Assembly (NCBI GenBank): GCA_010015805.1
Contig: ML978122.1
Location: forward strand, 2,328,453 to 2,392,452
DNA length: 64,000 nucleotides
Direction of reading: 5' to 3'
Source: Rhizodiscina lignyota
Taxonomy: Eukaryota
Numbering within the stretch: the first letter of the stretch is position 1; each line of letters starts with the position of its first letter. Below are positions 1 to 11,843 of the stretch, piece after piece. The notes below the pieces were generated by a model. The model was given only the letters and a program-made list of their open reading frames with translations, had not been told where the DNA came from and did no database searches. The translations under genes were made by a program, and so were the position numbers.

Positions 1-676
1 AACAGTTCAGTGGTAACACATCTCTTAGCTCGTCCTCGTGCGAGTGTCTTCACATAACAATCAAACCTACACTTCATGGTGACTAGTTTCAATACGAATC
101 CGTCGCGCTATCGAAAGTATCGAGGCAGAATCGCCTATGTGGGTTCGATGTTTCATCGGCGCTCCCAACAAAGCATCTTGGTCCGTATAGCCCCTGATCG
201 AGACGGGGCAGTGTTATGGCAGCGGATGCTATTAGCAAATGAGACTTGAAAGTCAGAGGTAGACATAAGGAGGATGAGCGAGAAAAGCGCCGCCAGAGCT
301 GTTCTCAACCACCGAGGCCCAATTGATTGGTATCTGGAGGAGAGATTGCGGCGCCACTGATCGAAGGAGCCGGCAACACCGGGCAGCGCTCCAGACGCGT
401 TATCGTCCTATCGAATACGCCCTCAGAGTGGCATTTATGACAAAGCGCCATATGCGGCACAATTAGGATCCGTCTCACCGATCTGGCAGTGTATATAAAG
501 GATGACTATTCCAGACTGCTCGTGCTCCTCTCATCGTTCTTGTTCTAACCCATCACCTTCTAAAGTCTTGTCGTAATCCAGCGCAGCGGACTCGGCGTAC
601 GAATGCAACTTACCATTGTCTAATTCATTTCATCCGCTTATAAAGCAGTGTATGAGCCAATTGGACATCAGAAGCA

Positions 677-2024
677 ATGGATGTGATCGATCTCACTCAG
701 GACGATCCCAAGCCGATGATGAATGAGGTGATCGATCTCACCCAGGACGATCCCAAGCCGGTGACGTGTGAGGTAATAGACCTTACGAGATATGATGCAG
801 ATGCATCTCAGGAACAAGACCAATCCGCTCCACGTGTCAGCTCCGAGCCTGCTGAGGGCCTCGGGATCTGTTTCTTTTGCGGCAATGGCTTAAGCAATCC
901 CAAGCACATTTCGAGCTATCGAGCATTTCGATTCGCCGTCTGTGACTGCGTAAGTGGAGTACCAAATTGATGAACCGCGATTTGAGCTTACACGGTGTCA
1001 GGAGATGCGCATAGCGTTAGTTAGCACGAAGAACGTACACTCAGTATACTATAGCACTCCTCCCCTTCAGACATCTCTCGCTTCAATCGATCCACGATAT
1101 TCGCCACTTCTTGCTCGCTGTGTGCAGGCCTGCAGTGGATGTACATTCGACGGCGCTCTGCCTGAGCTAGACGTAGAGCGCTTAATGTGTATGCACCATC
1201 GACAATGCAGCCTGCAAAGCCTGAGAACCATTCAACTTCGGAGCTCTGAGGAGGCTGGTGCGACTAGCCCGACATCAAGTTGCGAGGAGAGTGCCATGAA
1301 TGACAACATCGACGATGAGGCAAATGCTCCCGAGCAAAATTGGGTTGGTCTCGAGAGCGAGATCGACGACTTCGAGGGTTCCTCTAATGAACCTAAGGAT
1401 GAACTTGAAGATTGCGATCTGCCAGGCCTTCCCATACTCAAGCGAGCAGTCTTCAGGCTCCGAGGAGCAGACATTTCAGATGCAACGAATGTCGGCATGA
1501 AGAGGAAACGAAACGACGATATAGACGGCCATGTCAGCTGTCGTATATGTCTAGAACCTATCATTCGTTCCAACGGTCTCGCGGACGATCCTAAGGCTCT
1601 CAGGTGTGGCCACGAATTCCATTCCAGTTGCATTCGTTCATGGCTTTTAAAGGCATTGAGTTGCCCAGTTTGTCGTTGCGAACCGTTCCAGCAGGACGTA
1701 CAAGAAGCTGTCAAGAGTGAGCGGGAGCGATATCGAAACAACATCGAGGAATTCCGCAGTCTATGGGAGCAAGAGCAAGATATAGAAAACAAATGGGAGA
1801 ACGGATACAAGCGCCTAGAATCTCTCGAACAGCAGCAAGATGATCTCGAAGTTCAGCTCGAAGAGGCAAACAAATGGCTAGAATCTCTCAAACAGCGGCA
1901 GCATGATCTTGATACTGATTTTAAGGATTATCGGAACTGGGAAGACAGCCAAAACGATGCTTTGAGGGGTATTTGGAAGCGTAGACGTACCCTAATAGGT
2001 CCGGATGACGATGTAGACTTCTAA
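677..2024 (+). CDS. SIM-repeat + RING-H2 protein (SUMO-targeted ubiquitin ligase-like), at least 2 exons
   Basis: Three VIDLT+acidic motifs at N-terminus. Intron 950-1001 (GTAAGT..CTTAC..CAG) joins ORF 677 in frame to ORF 954. RING-H2 CRICLEP..CGHEFHSSC..W..CPVCR, then C-terminal coiled coil. Confidence 0.8.
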
Positions 2025-2282
2025 TTACCAGCTGCCGATCCGAAGAAGTTGGGACTGTTTATTGTTAATCAAGTTTCGTCTTTTCGATGTCGTGAAAAAT
2101 CTGCGTGTGGTCACGTGATGGAAACCGAGACTTCAGCGCCTGGGTCCAGGTGTTTGGTATCATGAGAACGAGTGCTGGGATCCTAGATCAAGAGCCCGCG
2201 CAGCTCTATGAATAGACTCTATTTAAGAACGGTCTTTTCAATTATTAATTTCTATCCTGCGCCTCCGATTAGCATAACTGAA

Positions 2283-3179
2283 ATGCTCGCTTTTATAGTC
2301 CTCCTATCTCAGCTTCTTTCCGCCTGCATTTGTCACTCATGGGTCGAACAGGTTCGTCTTATATCTGCACATAGCGGCGAATATTTTGGCCAACCTGGGT
2401 ATATGCGTGGCTACGTTCCTCGTACACCCAGCTTTCGAGACGATTTTAACCAGAATCTCCTGCCTCGCACATCCGGTCGTACGAGACTTGAGCTTACCGA
2501 CCCGATCTGCAGATCGTCCCAGAAAGAGGCAAATTATACGACCGCCTTTCCCAAGCTCGTTGCATCCCCGGGTGACTTTATCGCGCTACGATACCTCGAA
2601 AACGGACACGTCACACTGCCTCACATTCAGATTGGTAAGCCTGGTTCGGGCGGGACGATACTCGTATATGCAACAACTCGGCCAGCTGTCGATGAGACAA
2701 TCGGCGAGGTGCTAAGCTGGAGTTCAAACACATCACGAGACAGTCGCGGACGCCTTCTAACCGTGCAGAACTTTGATGATGGCCGCTGCTACCAGATCAA
2801 TAACTCCCCACTGCAACTAGCACGAGCTGAAGAAGTTCCAAACGTGCCCCCAGGCGCTGCTCCAGGAGCGCCAAATGAAGAGCTGTGGTGTGAGACCAAC
2901 GTGCAGATCCCAGTGGAAGTTCGTGGTGACATCACAGTATACTGGGTGTGGGAGTGGAGTACACTTCCAGCTCGCGACCTGGGTCTTCCTGAAGGGAAAG
3001 CGGAATGGTACACTAGTTGCCTAGACATTACTGTCATTGATCCCGTTCAGGCCAGTCTAACATCAAAGACATTCCCTAGTCTCCTCGTCCAAGACCCGCA
3101 TGCTAATGCAGTCACTAATTTTAAGGAAAGAGCAGCGAATACAACAGTGCCAGAAGGTCCGCCAGACCTTTGGATATAG
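2283..3179 (+). CDS. Secreted protein with N-terminal His (HSWVEQ family, LPMO-like features)
   Basis: Signal peptide MLAFIVLLSQLLSACIC then HSWVEQ. Second His in ENGHV. C-terminal YWVWEW and EWYTSCLDI motifs. Confidence 0.7.
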   Translation: MLAFIVLLSQLLSACICHSWVEQVRLISAHSGEYFGQPGYMRGYVPRTPSFRDDFNQNLLPRTSGRTRLELTDPICRSSQKEANYTTAFPKLVASPGDFIALRYLENGHVTLPHIQIGKPGSGGTILVYATTRPAVDETIGEVLSWSSNTSRDSRGRLLTVQNFDDGRCYQINNSPLQLARAEEVPNVPPGAAPGAPNEELWCETNVQIPVEVRGDITVYWVWEWSTLPARDLGLPEGKAEWYTSCLDITVIDPVQASLTSKTFPSLLVQDPHANAVTNFKERAANTTVPEGPPDLWI

Positions 3180-3398
3180 AACAGTCTTGATATTAAGAGA
3201 TTCTTAGCGTGGAATGGGCAATGAAGTCGGGGGATTACCTCGATATTCAATGGTTTATCGTATATAAATGTATATATTGAAAGGCTCTTACCTTTGACTC
3301 TTGCCACATATTGCGTTCCTTCTGTCATCGAGATGGTACAAGCTGTACCAAGCTTGAAATTACATAACAACTAACCCCTGAATTACATAATTACGCTA

Positions 3399-3798
3399 NN
3401 NNNNNNNNNNNNNNNNNNNNNNNNNNNNNNNNNNNNNNNNNNNNNNNNNNNNNNNNNNNNNNNNNNNNNNNNNNNNNNNNNNNNNNNNNNNNNNNNNNNN
3501 NNNNNNNNNNNNNNNNNNNNNNNNNNNNNNNNNNNNNNNNNNNNNNNNNNNNNNNNNNNNNNNNNNNNNNNNNNNNNNNNNNNNNNNNNNNNNNNNNNNN
3601 NNNNNNNNNNNNNNNNNNNNNNNNNNNNNNNNNNNNNNNNNNNNNNNNNNNNNNNNNNNNNNNNNNNNNNNNNNNNNNNNNNNNNNNNNNNNNNNNNNNN
3701 NNNNNNNNNNNNNNNNNNNNNNNNNNNNNNNNNNNNNNNNNNNNNNNNNNNNNNNNNNNNNNNNNNNNNNNNNNNNNNNNNNNNNNNNNNNNNNNNNN
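3399..3798. other. Assembly gap (N run), probably a collapsed tandem repeat
   Basis: About 400 N, flanked on the right by degenerate 15-bp units. Confidence 0.95.
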
Positions 3799-3800
3799 AT

Positions 3801-3860
3801 ATACAAAGCTCGAACGTACAAAGCCTGAGCATCCAAAGTTTGAATATACAAATCTTATGC
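3801..3860. repeat. Degenerate 15-bp tandem repeat
   Basis: atacaaagctcgaac/gtacaaagcctgagc/atccaaagtttgaat/atacaaatcttatgc, running into the gap. Confidence 0.7.
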
Positions 3861-3893
3861 ATATTTTTAATAAATAGAGAAAAGAGATCGGAG

Positions 3894-4949
3894 TCACTTA
3901 AAATAATCCGGAATAAGAAGCATTTCACCCCGATCGAACTCCTTAATATACCAAAAGTCGAATCCTACTCTAATCTTTCCCTTATACTCTCGAATTCCAG
4001 GCCTCGCTACTCTGTCGACTTGGAACTGATTTTTCTTGAGAGTAATATATTCGATGCCGATTCCTGCTTCAGGCCCCTCTAGACGATCTACTAAGTCAGG
4101 AAAATACTTGGATTGACCGCTACAGAGTTCTAGACAGGCCGCCGTGGATCTATTTGACTTGTGCTGGCTGATAAAGAAGAGAACTTCAATTCCATTTTGA
4201 TTTGGTACTCGGGAAATATACCAGTCCAGGCCATTATTATCTCTCGCGTAGTCGCTCACTCCTCCAGGTGGCGCGATGTACATCGTAACGAAGGTTTCGG
4301 GTATTACGTTCGGAACTGGGCTGGTGATTTTGGCTCTGCTAACACTTCCGTCGATATTCATGAAAACGGTTTCGTCCTTACGGTCGTTCTCTTCTATTAG
4401 TCGAGGATTTGCTTGTGAATGGAGGACTAATAGCCATAGAACGATCTTCTCTTGGCCGCGATGTTTAGACCAGAACTGGAGGGGTCGCTCAATTCTTTCC
4501 ATCAGGAGCCGTCTATCTTTTCCTACAATTCTGACCTCATGTCCTTCGGAGAGCATTGTCTCCACCCACGGTCTATGCTCGGGCATGTCTCTGAGATAGG
4601 ACAACCATCTCCCCTTTTCAGCATCAGTAAACTGGTAGCGGACTAGAGCTGCCGCCAAAGCAACCTCGGATGCTGTAAGATACTGAAACAAGATGACCTT
4701 GATAGGATAGAGACGGACGAAAATATCGTATAAGAAATTCTTTGCCATCGAGAAAATAGTTTGATACCTGCCATCGAACATTTCCAGCCGTAGACTTTGG
4801 GGTGCCTTCAGTCTATAGTCGTTTCGGTACAATACATCGGATCTTGGATTCAGCATTTTGGTTCCGCGACAGCAGAACCCGGAGCTGGGCACATATTTTT
4901 GTTTGTGGTCGCGAGATCCAGGAAGTGGAAACCGGGGTTGGCGATCCAA
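3894..4949 (-). CDS. Hypothetical protein with possible F-box-like segment (true ATG start probably 4856 or later); 3' end possibly truncated by RIP
   Basis: Long ORF; shares a motif pattern with the 16013-16825 ORF. Confidence 0.6.
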   Translation of the reverse strand: MDRQPRFPLPGSRDHKQKYVPSSGFCCRGTKMLNPRSDVLYRNDYRLKAPQSLRLEMFDGRYQTIFSMAKNFLYDIFVRLYPIKVILFQYLTASEVALAAALVRYQFTDAEKGRWLSYLRDMPEHRPWVETMLSEGHEVRIVGKDRRLLMERIERPLQFWSKHRGQEKIVLWLLVLHSQANPRLIEENDRKDETVFMNIDGSVSRAKITSPVPNVIPETFVTMYIAPPGGVSDYARDNNGLDWYISRVPNQNGIEVLFFISQHKSNRSTAACLELCSGQSKYFPDLVDRLEGPEAGIGIEYITLKKNQFQVDRVARPGIREYKGKIRVGFDFWYIKEFDRGEMLLIPDYFK

Positions 4950-5130
4950 GACCCTGGTTCAGGCGCTCTCCAGGGGTGCCCAGGGACGGTGCATTACCAT
5001 TACTAGCGCCGTATTTCATCTAGCTCACCAAGTAAATGCAATGCATAAGTGCGTAGAGATTGTATTGTGTAGGTAATGAGAATTTATTCGATATTTTATT
5101 AGATAGCTATTTACGGTAGAGTCACCAGCT

Positions 5131-5643
5131 CTACATAGAAACCAAAAGCCATCCCGCGAGCATTCCTGCAGATAGAGACGCAAACATGACCCTAAACATT
5201 AACAAAGGTTGTCTCGCGTCACTCGTAAATGGTGATTGGGGTCCGCTAGGAGTATGTAGCAAGCTTATAGTAGCCGTCCCAACATGTGTGCCAGCAGTCT
5301 CAGTGTGCCATCCATCGATAGGAGAAGTTGAGGTTGCATTCCTGTACGGAGGCATCTGCCGCCTTGGAGGATCGGGCGAGTCGGTTTTGGATGGCGGAAG
5401 CTGATGTACGTGTGTTGCATTGGTTGAGATGTTTATGCCGGACCTGCCGGCTGACTTGAGAACTTCGGTTGCTGTGCCATGGTTGAGGGTTGGTGCAGGG
5501 CAAGCACGTTGGGCTGAATTTGGCAACGTAGTCAAAACAAGAGTGTGCCGATGCGGCGTCGAGTCCGTGTTTATGGCCAGAACCCCTGCCACTAATAGTA
5601 GAGCGCAGATGACGCGAGTAAACTTTTCAGACGGACAAGTCAT
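5131..5643 (-). CDS. Secreted, putatively GPI-anchored S/T/P-rich protein
   Basis: Hydrophobic N-terminus (VICALLLVAGVLA), S/T/P-rich middle, hydrophobic C-terminus. Confidence 0.6.
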   Translation of the reverse strand: MTCPSEKFTRVICALLLVAGVLAINTDSTPHRHTLVLTTLPNSAQRACPAPTLNHGTATEVLKSAGRSGINISTNATHVHQLPPSKTDSPDPPRRQMPPYRNATSTSPIDGWHTETAGTHVGTATISLLHTPSGPQSPFTSDARQPLLMFRVMFASLSAGMLAGWLLVSM

Positions 5644-5964
5644 TATTTCTCGTTAAGGTAACAAAAGCGCACCTTTGAGTGCTTTAAGGGGAAAACCAAG
5701 CTATGGACATGCGTTATTCCCGACTCCCAGGTGCTTGTTCCATGTTCCATGTTACTGGGAGCCTAAGTAAGCGTCCCAGCTCCTGGACGCTGGAATCCAG
5801 GATTTCGATTTTTGGACCTGAACTATATACAATATAAGGAAGTTGCAAATTCCACCCAAGAATCTTCTTCAGATCACTTTCTTATTCCTTAAATCGAGGT
5901 CGAATTGTCTTTACGCAATCTCCCTCCGCGTCCTTTTCGACAGCTACAGAGTGCGTATACGAAA

Positions 5965-8349
5965 ATGGAAGTACATTCAGCCCAAGCAAATATTCCCGGG
6001 CCAAGTAAGCCGATCCCCGACGCAGGCGTCAACAGAACTCATACTGGCTCTGGGGTGTTTGGCGCGGACACTACAAGTGCAAGCGACCCCGACCTCTCGG
6101 ACTCAATTTTCGTGCCTACTCGCAGTGATAAGGGGAAGGGGAAGGCGAAGGCGAAGGCAAAAATTAATCCTTTTGCAGCAAGGGTTGAAGATGAAGATGA
6201 AATGGAAAAAGTAAAGCAGCGAGAAGATGAGGCCAAAAGGGCGAACGAAGCCGCAATAGAGAGAATGCGCGAAAGAGGAGGGGGTCATCAAGTAGTTGAC
6301 CAAGAAGAACGCGACTGGGGGCGCGACCTTCGCACGGCGTATAGAGACAGATTTAAGGCATCTCTGGAAAGGAAAGAAGAGGAGTATCAAGAGCTGAAGG
6401 CGCGTAAAAAGCAGCCGGGAACGCATTTAACACCCCTACAAATCGCGTTGAATCGATACATCTCTACCCAAATGGAGGAAGAGGGCGATGACGATGATAA
6501 CGAAGAGGGCAACGAAGAGGGCAACGAAGAGGGCAACGAAGCTGGCAAGGATGAGGATGAGGATGAGTCAGAACACAATGAACTTCTTAGAAAGGGGACA
6601 GAAAATGCGAAGGTTGGGGGAAATGATGTTTCGCCCAAGTATGCCGTAAAGGAATACACAAAGCTTTTCCCGATTATTAAGAACCTATGGGAGAGACCTA
6701 ACGCGGTGCTGTTGAATGATGAAGAGAAGATACATCAAACTGTTAGGAAGAATATCGCAAAAGCCAATACGAAGAACGGACATCGCGAGGAAGCTTACCA
6801 ATTCCCTATGGAGGCCACGCGGGCGAAGATACTCGGAATCTCTACCACATATACTAAGTGGTGCAATGAAACGAATACGTTAGCGAAAACTCGATTGTCT
6901 GGAGCGCTTGCGAAGGAGGTTTTTATGCTTGCTGGTAGTCTGCGGCGTGACTATGGGGTTTCTTGGCGATACCTCGCGAGTATCGATATCAAAACAGCCC
7001 TTGCAGAGGCGATCGGAAATAGCGAGCCCGAGTTCCGGGAATGGTTCTTCGAGATGACGCCATATCAGAAGGAGTTAGTAAAAGACGATAATGAGACTGT
7101 TCAAGCGGTCACGAAGCTGTTCGAAACGGACGTCTCTGCTACTGACGCTAAAGATATAGTAAAACGAGTGAAAACAAGGCTCGAAGATGCTAACAAGCGA
7201 CTTGAACTACAAAACGAGGAATATGGCCTGTCAGAGGAGGACGTATCGCTTACTATAACGAATCTCAATACCATGGAGGCGGCAATTCACAGCCAAAATG
7301 CCGACAAGTTCAAGGAACAGGTGCGATACCTATGGAGTTACTTGAACATGCTAGGGTTCACCTTCAACCAACCATATCCAGACTTTCAAAAAGATATACC
7401 AGTAAACGACCTCGTGGATTACCTCGGCATCACTTATAAAATTCCTCCAGGGGGTGCCAATTCGGGCGACACTCCAGGGGGTGCCAATTCGGGCGACACT
7501 CCAGGGGGTGCCAATTCGGACGACACTCCAGGGGGTGCCAATTCGGACGACACTCCAGGGGGTGCCAATTCGGACGACACAATAAAAGAAGCAGACTATT
7601 TGGCTGAATACAGGGCTCGTCACTTTACGTTTCAGGCAGACGAAAGACACGATTATACACGATTTGGGAAAATCGTACAAGTCAGACCAGTGGGTAGAGG
7701 TTACCGGGTGATAATCAACGCCGGCACAGATGCGATGTTTAGATTGATAATCAAGACGTCCAGCGAACTAGGTGCAGAGTCGGACAAGCCTAGAAAACTT
7801 TTTGAAAATCATAAAGAAGAATTCACGCCGAAGCCCACAGGCGATGTAGGCGAAGCAGATATAGCAGAGATACTTGATTTTGTTGAGATACCATGGAAGA
7901 CGAACGCGCGCGAAGATGGAGTACAGCTACGCCGCCCTCGGGGCAGTCCTCCTAATACCATACCAACGATTCCGGTACGGCCAGTTGGCATGTGGGCTGT
8001 AAAGATGAAGCAGACAAGTAAGCTCTACCCTGGCGAGGTAGTGATCTGGTCCCACTCGGATTTTATCAAGAGAGCCAAGAAGAAGCGAGCGGAAGAATAT
8101 CGAACGCACTACAAGACTGTCCGTGTAAGGTGGGAGCGGCATTTTGAGCAAATGAAGGCCAACTCCAGGAATCCAGCTAACGGAAAGCCGCTCACACAAA
8201 ACGAGATCAAAAAGATGCCATGGCTTGCCCCAGACCGCATGCAGACAGCTGCAGACCAGCCAACGCAACAAGAGGGCAGAACAGATGAGAGCGCAGATGA
8301 GAGCGAAGCGGATCTCCCGCCATTACGGGGAGGTCCTCCTACAGTTTGA
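5965..8349 (+). CDS. Large hypothetical protein with coiled coil, acidic tract and 9-aa repeats
   Basis: About 790-codon uninterrupted ORF from ATG 5965; no family recognised. Confidence 0.8.
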   Translation: MEVHSAQANIPGPSKPIPDAGVNRTHTGSGVFGADTTSASDPDLSDSIFVPTRSDKGKGKAKAKAKINPFAARVEDEDEMEKVKQREDEAKRANEAAIERMRERGGGHQVVDQEERDWGRDLRTAYRDRFKASLERKEEEYQELKARKKQPGTHLTPLQIALNRYISTQMEEEGDDDDNEEGNEEGNEEGNEAGKDEDEDESEHNELLRKGTENAKVGGNDVSPKYAVKEYTKLFPIIKNLWERPNAVLLNDEEKIHQTVRKNIAKANTKNGHREEAYQFPMEATRAKILGISTTYTKWCNETNTLAKTRLSGALAKEVFMLAGSLRRDYGVSWRYLASIDIKTALAEAIGNSEPEFREWFFEMTPYQKELVKDDNETVQAVTKLFETDVSATDAKDIVKRVKTRLEDANKRLELQNEEYGLSEEDVSLTITNLNTMEAAIHSQNADKFKEQVRYLWSYLNMLGFTFNQPYPDFQKDIPVNDLVDYLGITYKIPPGGANSGDTPGGANSGDTPGGANSDDTPGGANSDDTPGGANSDDTIKEADYLAEYRARHFTFQADERHDYTRFGKIVQVRPVGRGYRVIINAGTDAMFRLIIKTSSELGAESDKPRKLFENHKEEFTPKPTGDVGEADIAEILDFVEIPWKTNAREDGVQLRRPRGSPPNTIPTIPVRPVGMWAVKMKQTSKLYPGEVVIWSHSDFIKRAKKKRAEEYRTHYKTVRVRWERHFEQMKANSRNPANGKPLTQNEIKKMPWLAPDRMQTAADQPTQQEGRTDESADESEADLPPLRGGPPTV
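7444..7578 (+). repeat. 27-bp coding tandem repeat x5 (TPGGANSG/DD)
   Basis: Five near-identical ccagggggtgccaattcgg(a/g)cgac(act) units. Confidence 0.95.
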
Positions 8350-9168
8350 GGGCCGTGCATGAAAGGCTAAGGGGATCGAGTAGCTTCCAATTCAACCCGT
8401 TCGTCCATTTCTTTTCGAACCTCTGATTGCGTCATGCGGTAGAGTAGAGCGGACCCAACCTTAGCAACAACGAATCCGGCGATGGTGAGAAGAGTTATCG
8501 AACTCACAAAACATGGACGTCGGCCGCCTCGATCTTCATGACCTGGGATGTGCAGCTCCTGTAACGGAAAATAAATTGGAGGAGACGAGCGTACTTCAAG
8601 TCTTAATGATTTCAGTTCAAGTCTTTTGACTATACAAGCCGAGCCTGATGAGGAGAGAACGAAAACAACTGTCTTACACCTTCCTCCAGCTGGCCTGGAG
8701 AGTGTGTGTTCAGAGAATGAGACACAGTCGGGCATTCAGTTGAAAATTAGAGTATTGATTTGATAGAAATTGAGACAAACTGAGAGGATTATTATAAAAT
8801 TCTTCTGAATTCCGCGTCGTACCGAAACTCTGCGTCCCGGAACGAAGCGGCGATTGCCGGAGCCAAGAACCCGAACAGCGAACTTGGCCATGTATTCCCC
8901 CATTCCGATACTGTTCTGCTGAATCTGCTCAGTTCATTAGATTTCTACTGTCTCCTCCATACCCAGTACAAATTATCGCCTCAGAGTGCGCTGTAGAACC
9001 TGAGAATGAAAAGCACCGGAAAGATCGCTTAAGCTGTCGCCCCTCTCCGATGTTACGCACAATTCACGATGAAGATCATACGGTCATGAATGGGAATATT
9101 GCTTTGTTATAAGCCAAATACAGCATCCGCCGCGCATTCTTAATGCTGTAATCATATCTTTAGTTCGT

Positions 9169-9643
9169 CTATGCGAAACATGCGAAGAGGAGATGAAGGA
9201 CAATAAGACCGAACACCATAGTGAGGACCGGAATTGCGACGACCAATTTGACGGCCAATTTGACAACCAACCAATCAGTCCTCCGAGACTCTTTCATCGA
9301 TCCGACAGTCCATTCAATAACCTGTCCGTCAAATAAGTTTCGTATCAATCGCCTTACGAGTTACGACCAATACTCACCACATTTCGGTTCTCATGAGATA
9401 TACACAGAAGGGAGTGTACTGTGCCCATAACGGAAGAAGCTTCACAGATGGCGTTCTAGCGACAGCTTTAGCTCTGCTTTTTAATGGATGCAATAAGCTT
9501 ACTGGAATGAGTGTCGCTCGCAAGTCCTCTTCGTATAACGCCGAGCCGTCATCGCTGTCGGCGTCCTCTTTCAAGGTAAAGTAGTGGTCCCTTTCATTTT
9601 CGTTTCTTCCATATGGAGCGGTATCAGGAGCTTGAGAATCCAT
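9169..9643 (-). CDS. Small 3-exon protein with C-terminal transmembrane helix
   Basis: MDSQAPD..LIP|NAICE..RNV|VIEW..VVAIPVLTMVFGLIVLHLLFACFA*, joined by phase-0 GTAAGC..TAG and GTGAGT..CAG introns. Confidence 0.5.
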
Positions 9644-10375
9644 GATAATACTGATGAGCTGATGGTGCGGTTGGCCTCGAAGATTTATAGCCATCTTGGA
9701 AGGATCCTCGCTAACACAGAGGCTTCAGGCTAATGAGCGAGTCCGGAGCTCCTATGACGCTGGCACTCCAGCTAACGTCGCAGGTTGTTGTGCAGAGTGT
9801 CACCATAGGCTGTGAGTGTATCTTAGGCAGTTAACAAAGCCTCTGTGATTCCTATAAGATCCTCAACGGTCCTAGCATGAACTTGCGAGAGTCTCCGTCA
9901 TCCAATAATCATGGCTCAGCCGAGGTGCCAATGCGAAAGGAGTGCCGCATGCATGAACACGGCGTGGTGTCACATTGCGTTATCCGAAGGGTCAGTTGCA
10001 TCGGAGGTTGGCACGGGCGCTACTGTAGCCCCTTTAGACCGTATAGATTGGACAACGCCTGCTAAATCACGCAGGTGGCCAAACGATAGTCTGGGAGTCC
10101 AAGATGCCTGTTCCACCGCCGAGCAATTGATTGGATATAAACGATGCTCCCTTCTTATCATGGATTTTTGCTCCGCCTTCAGGCATCCCTTTACGGGCGA
10201 CACTTTATCATGCGATGCCTAGTTGCGGCATTGCACGTTGCATCGACAATCATAGCTAGGCGAAGTCATCGATGATCATACAGGACAGATGGAAACGCCG
10301 GCCACGTCTCGCTGGCGTATAAGAGCAAGCCGCTCGAGGCCACCTTCACTCCTTGCCATTTCTTCTTTTATCACC

Positions 10376-11574
10376 ATGCGTCCGATCACTGTGGCAACCG
10401 AAACCTTTGATTTTAGACCTACGCAGTTCGTCGACCGGCATGAGCGGCGCTCAGTTGCACTTGACTCACCTGCCAGAGGTAGCCAAGCCACAAACGGCGA
10501 GGGGCACAGTATGGTGTGTTGTCAGATTCCTGACCTTGCGAAGTTGCTCACCTTTTTAGGCTTTAGTGAGAACATCTGGCGAGAGCTCTGAAGGCCCGGA
10601 TCCGCCTGAGAGGATCTCCTCCAGCGTCGAACACCCTGCGCTAGAGAAACAACCGGAACCAAACAGGGAGGAGAGTGAGTAACATCTACAGAATTGAGAA
10701 ATATTACTGATTGCAGCGAAGACACCTATGCATTACCCCGAGATGGAGACAGCGGTGATAGGTGGCAGTCGCGATCAGATACTAAGCAGAAACTCTCAGA
10801 GAAGCGTAAGAGAACTTCGAGCCCCACATTCACAACACCACCGGATCGTGGATCACCCGATGCCTATCGAAAGCGCCATCGCATAGGCGCGGAGGATGAC
10901 CAAACGAACGGTGACGGAGAATTTATATGCACGATAGATCAAGACTGCAAAGATCTGACCTTCAACAGACGTTCTGAGTGGAAGTGAGTCTCCTCAAGTT
11001 CCGCCCCCTAAGCCGATATGAGCTTACAGTCTATAGGAGACACATCGAAAAGCATACACGGCCATATAAGTGCGAAGAGCCCAATTGCGATCGCCTGGAA
11101 GGATTTACTTACGGTAGTGGTTTGACTCGCCATCTGAGGGAAGTGCACGGAAAGGGTGCGAATCGCTCCTTTTTCTGTCCCGAGGCCAACTGCAAACGAC
11201 ACACAGGTCGACCTTTCTCCCGGACGCAGAACCGGGACGAGCATATTCGGAGAGTACACTCTGGGCCTAGCCTTTTCACCACATCAGCCTCTCGGAAGGA
11301 ATGGACGAAGGACAGCGCCAGGCCATCTTGCGTTGCTACATCGGCTGAAACGATAGAAGACTTAGCCCTACTTCCACAATCGGAGAATGCAGTGGTCATC
11401 GAATCTACAGCGTTTGGCAAGCAACGCAGTTCGATGCTACACATATCGCAGCAGATCCTGGTAGACTTGCGTGAGACTATCAGCAGCCAGCAGAAACAAG
11501 TTCGACTACAGGAGAAAGGGATTGACAGGCTAGAACAGCTACTATTGGAGACGCAGCTTGCTATTAAGAGATAA
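10376..11574 (+). CDS. C2H2 zinc-finger transcription factor (3 fingers, ZfpA-like), multi-exon; start uncertain
   Basis: FICTIDQDC..FNRRSEWK|RHIEKHTRPYKCEEPNC..GFTYGSGLTRHLREVH..FFCPEANCKR..FSRTQNRDEHIRRVH; intron GTGAGT at 10984; C-terminal coiled coil. Confidence 0.85.
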
Positions 11575-11843
11575 AAGCCAGCGAATGGGGATTAATGCGA
11601 TATCAGTCGCTTTAGAGAGTAATTATACTGGCTCTAGCCTCTGCCGTTTGGCAGTATCCATTATGCGCCTCAAGCACCCCTTACCCTCCTCATTGGGACC
11701 TTCATAGATGTCTTTAAGAAGCCCTTTATTTTCAATAATGTCTCAACGAACTACTTATCGGTCGCAGTAGACGGATCTCGGAAGCCTAGGAGGACGCATC
11801 CTTTACATGATCGATCGGTTTTCGATCTGAGGCATGACAAATT

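Noticed and set aside
3383..3928. ORFs spanning the N run
   Set aside because: Artefacts of the assembly gap.
7444..7578. CRISPR-like repeat array
   Set aside because: Contiguous in-frame coding repeats with no spacers, in a eukaryotic context.
5965..8349. Spok-type meiotic driver
   Set aside because: No cysteine cluster or kinase domain visible.
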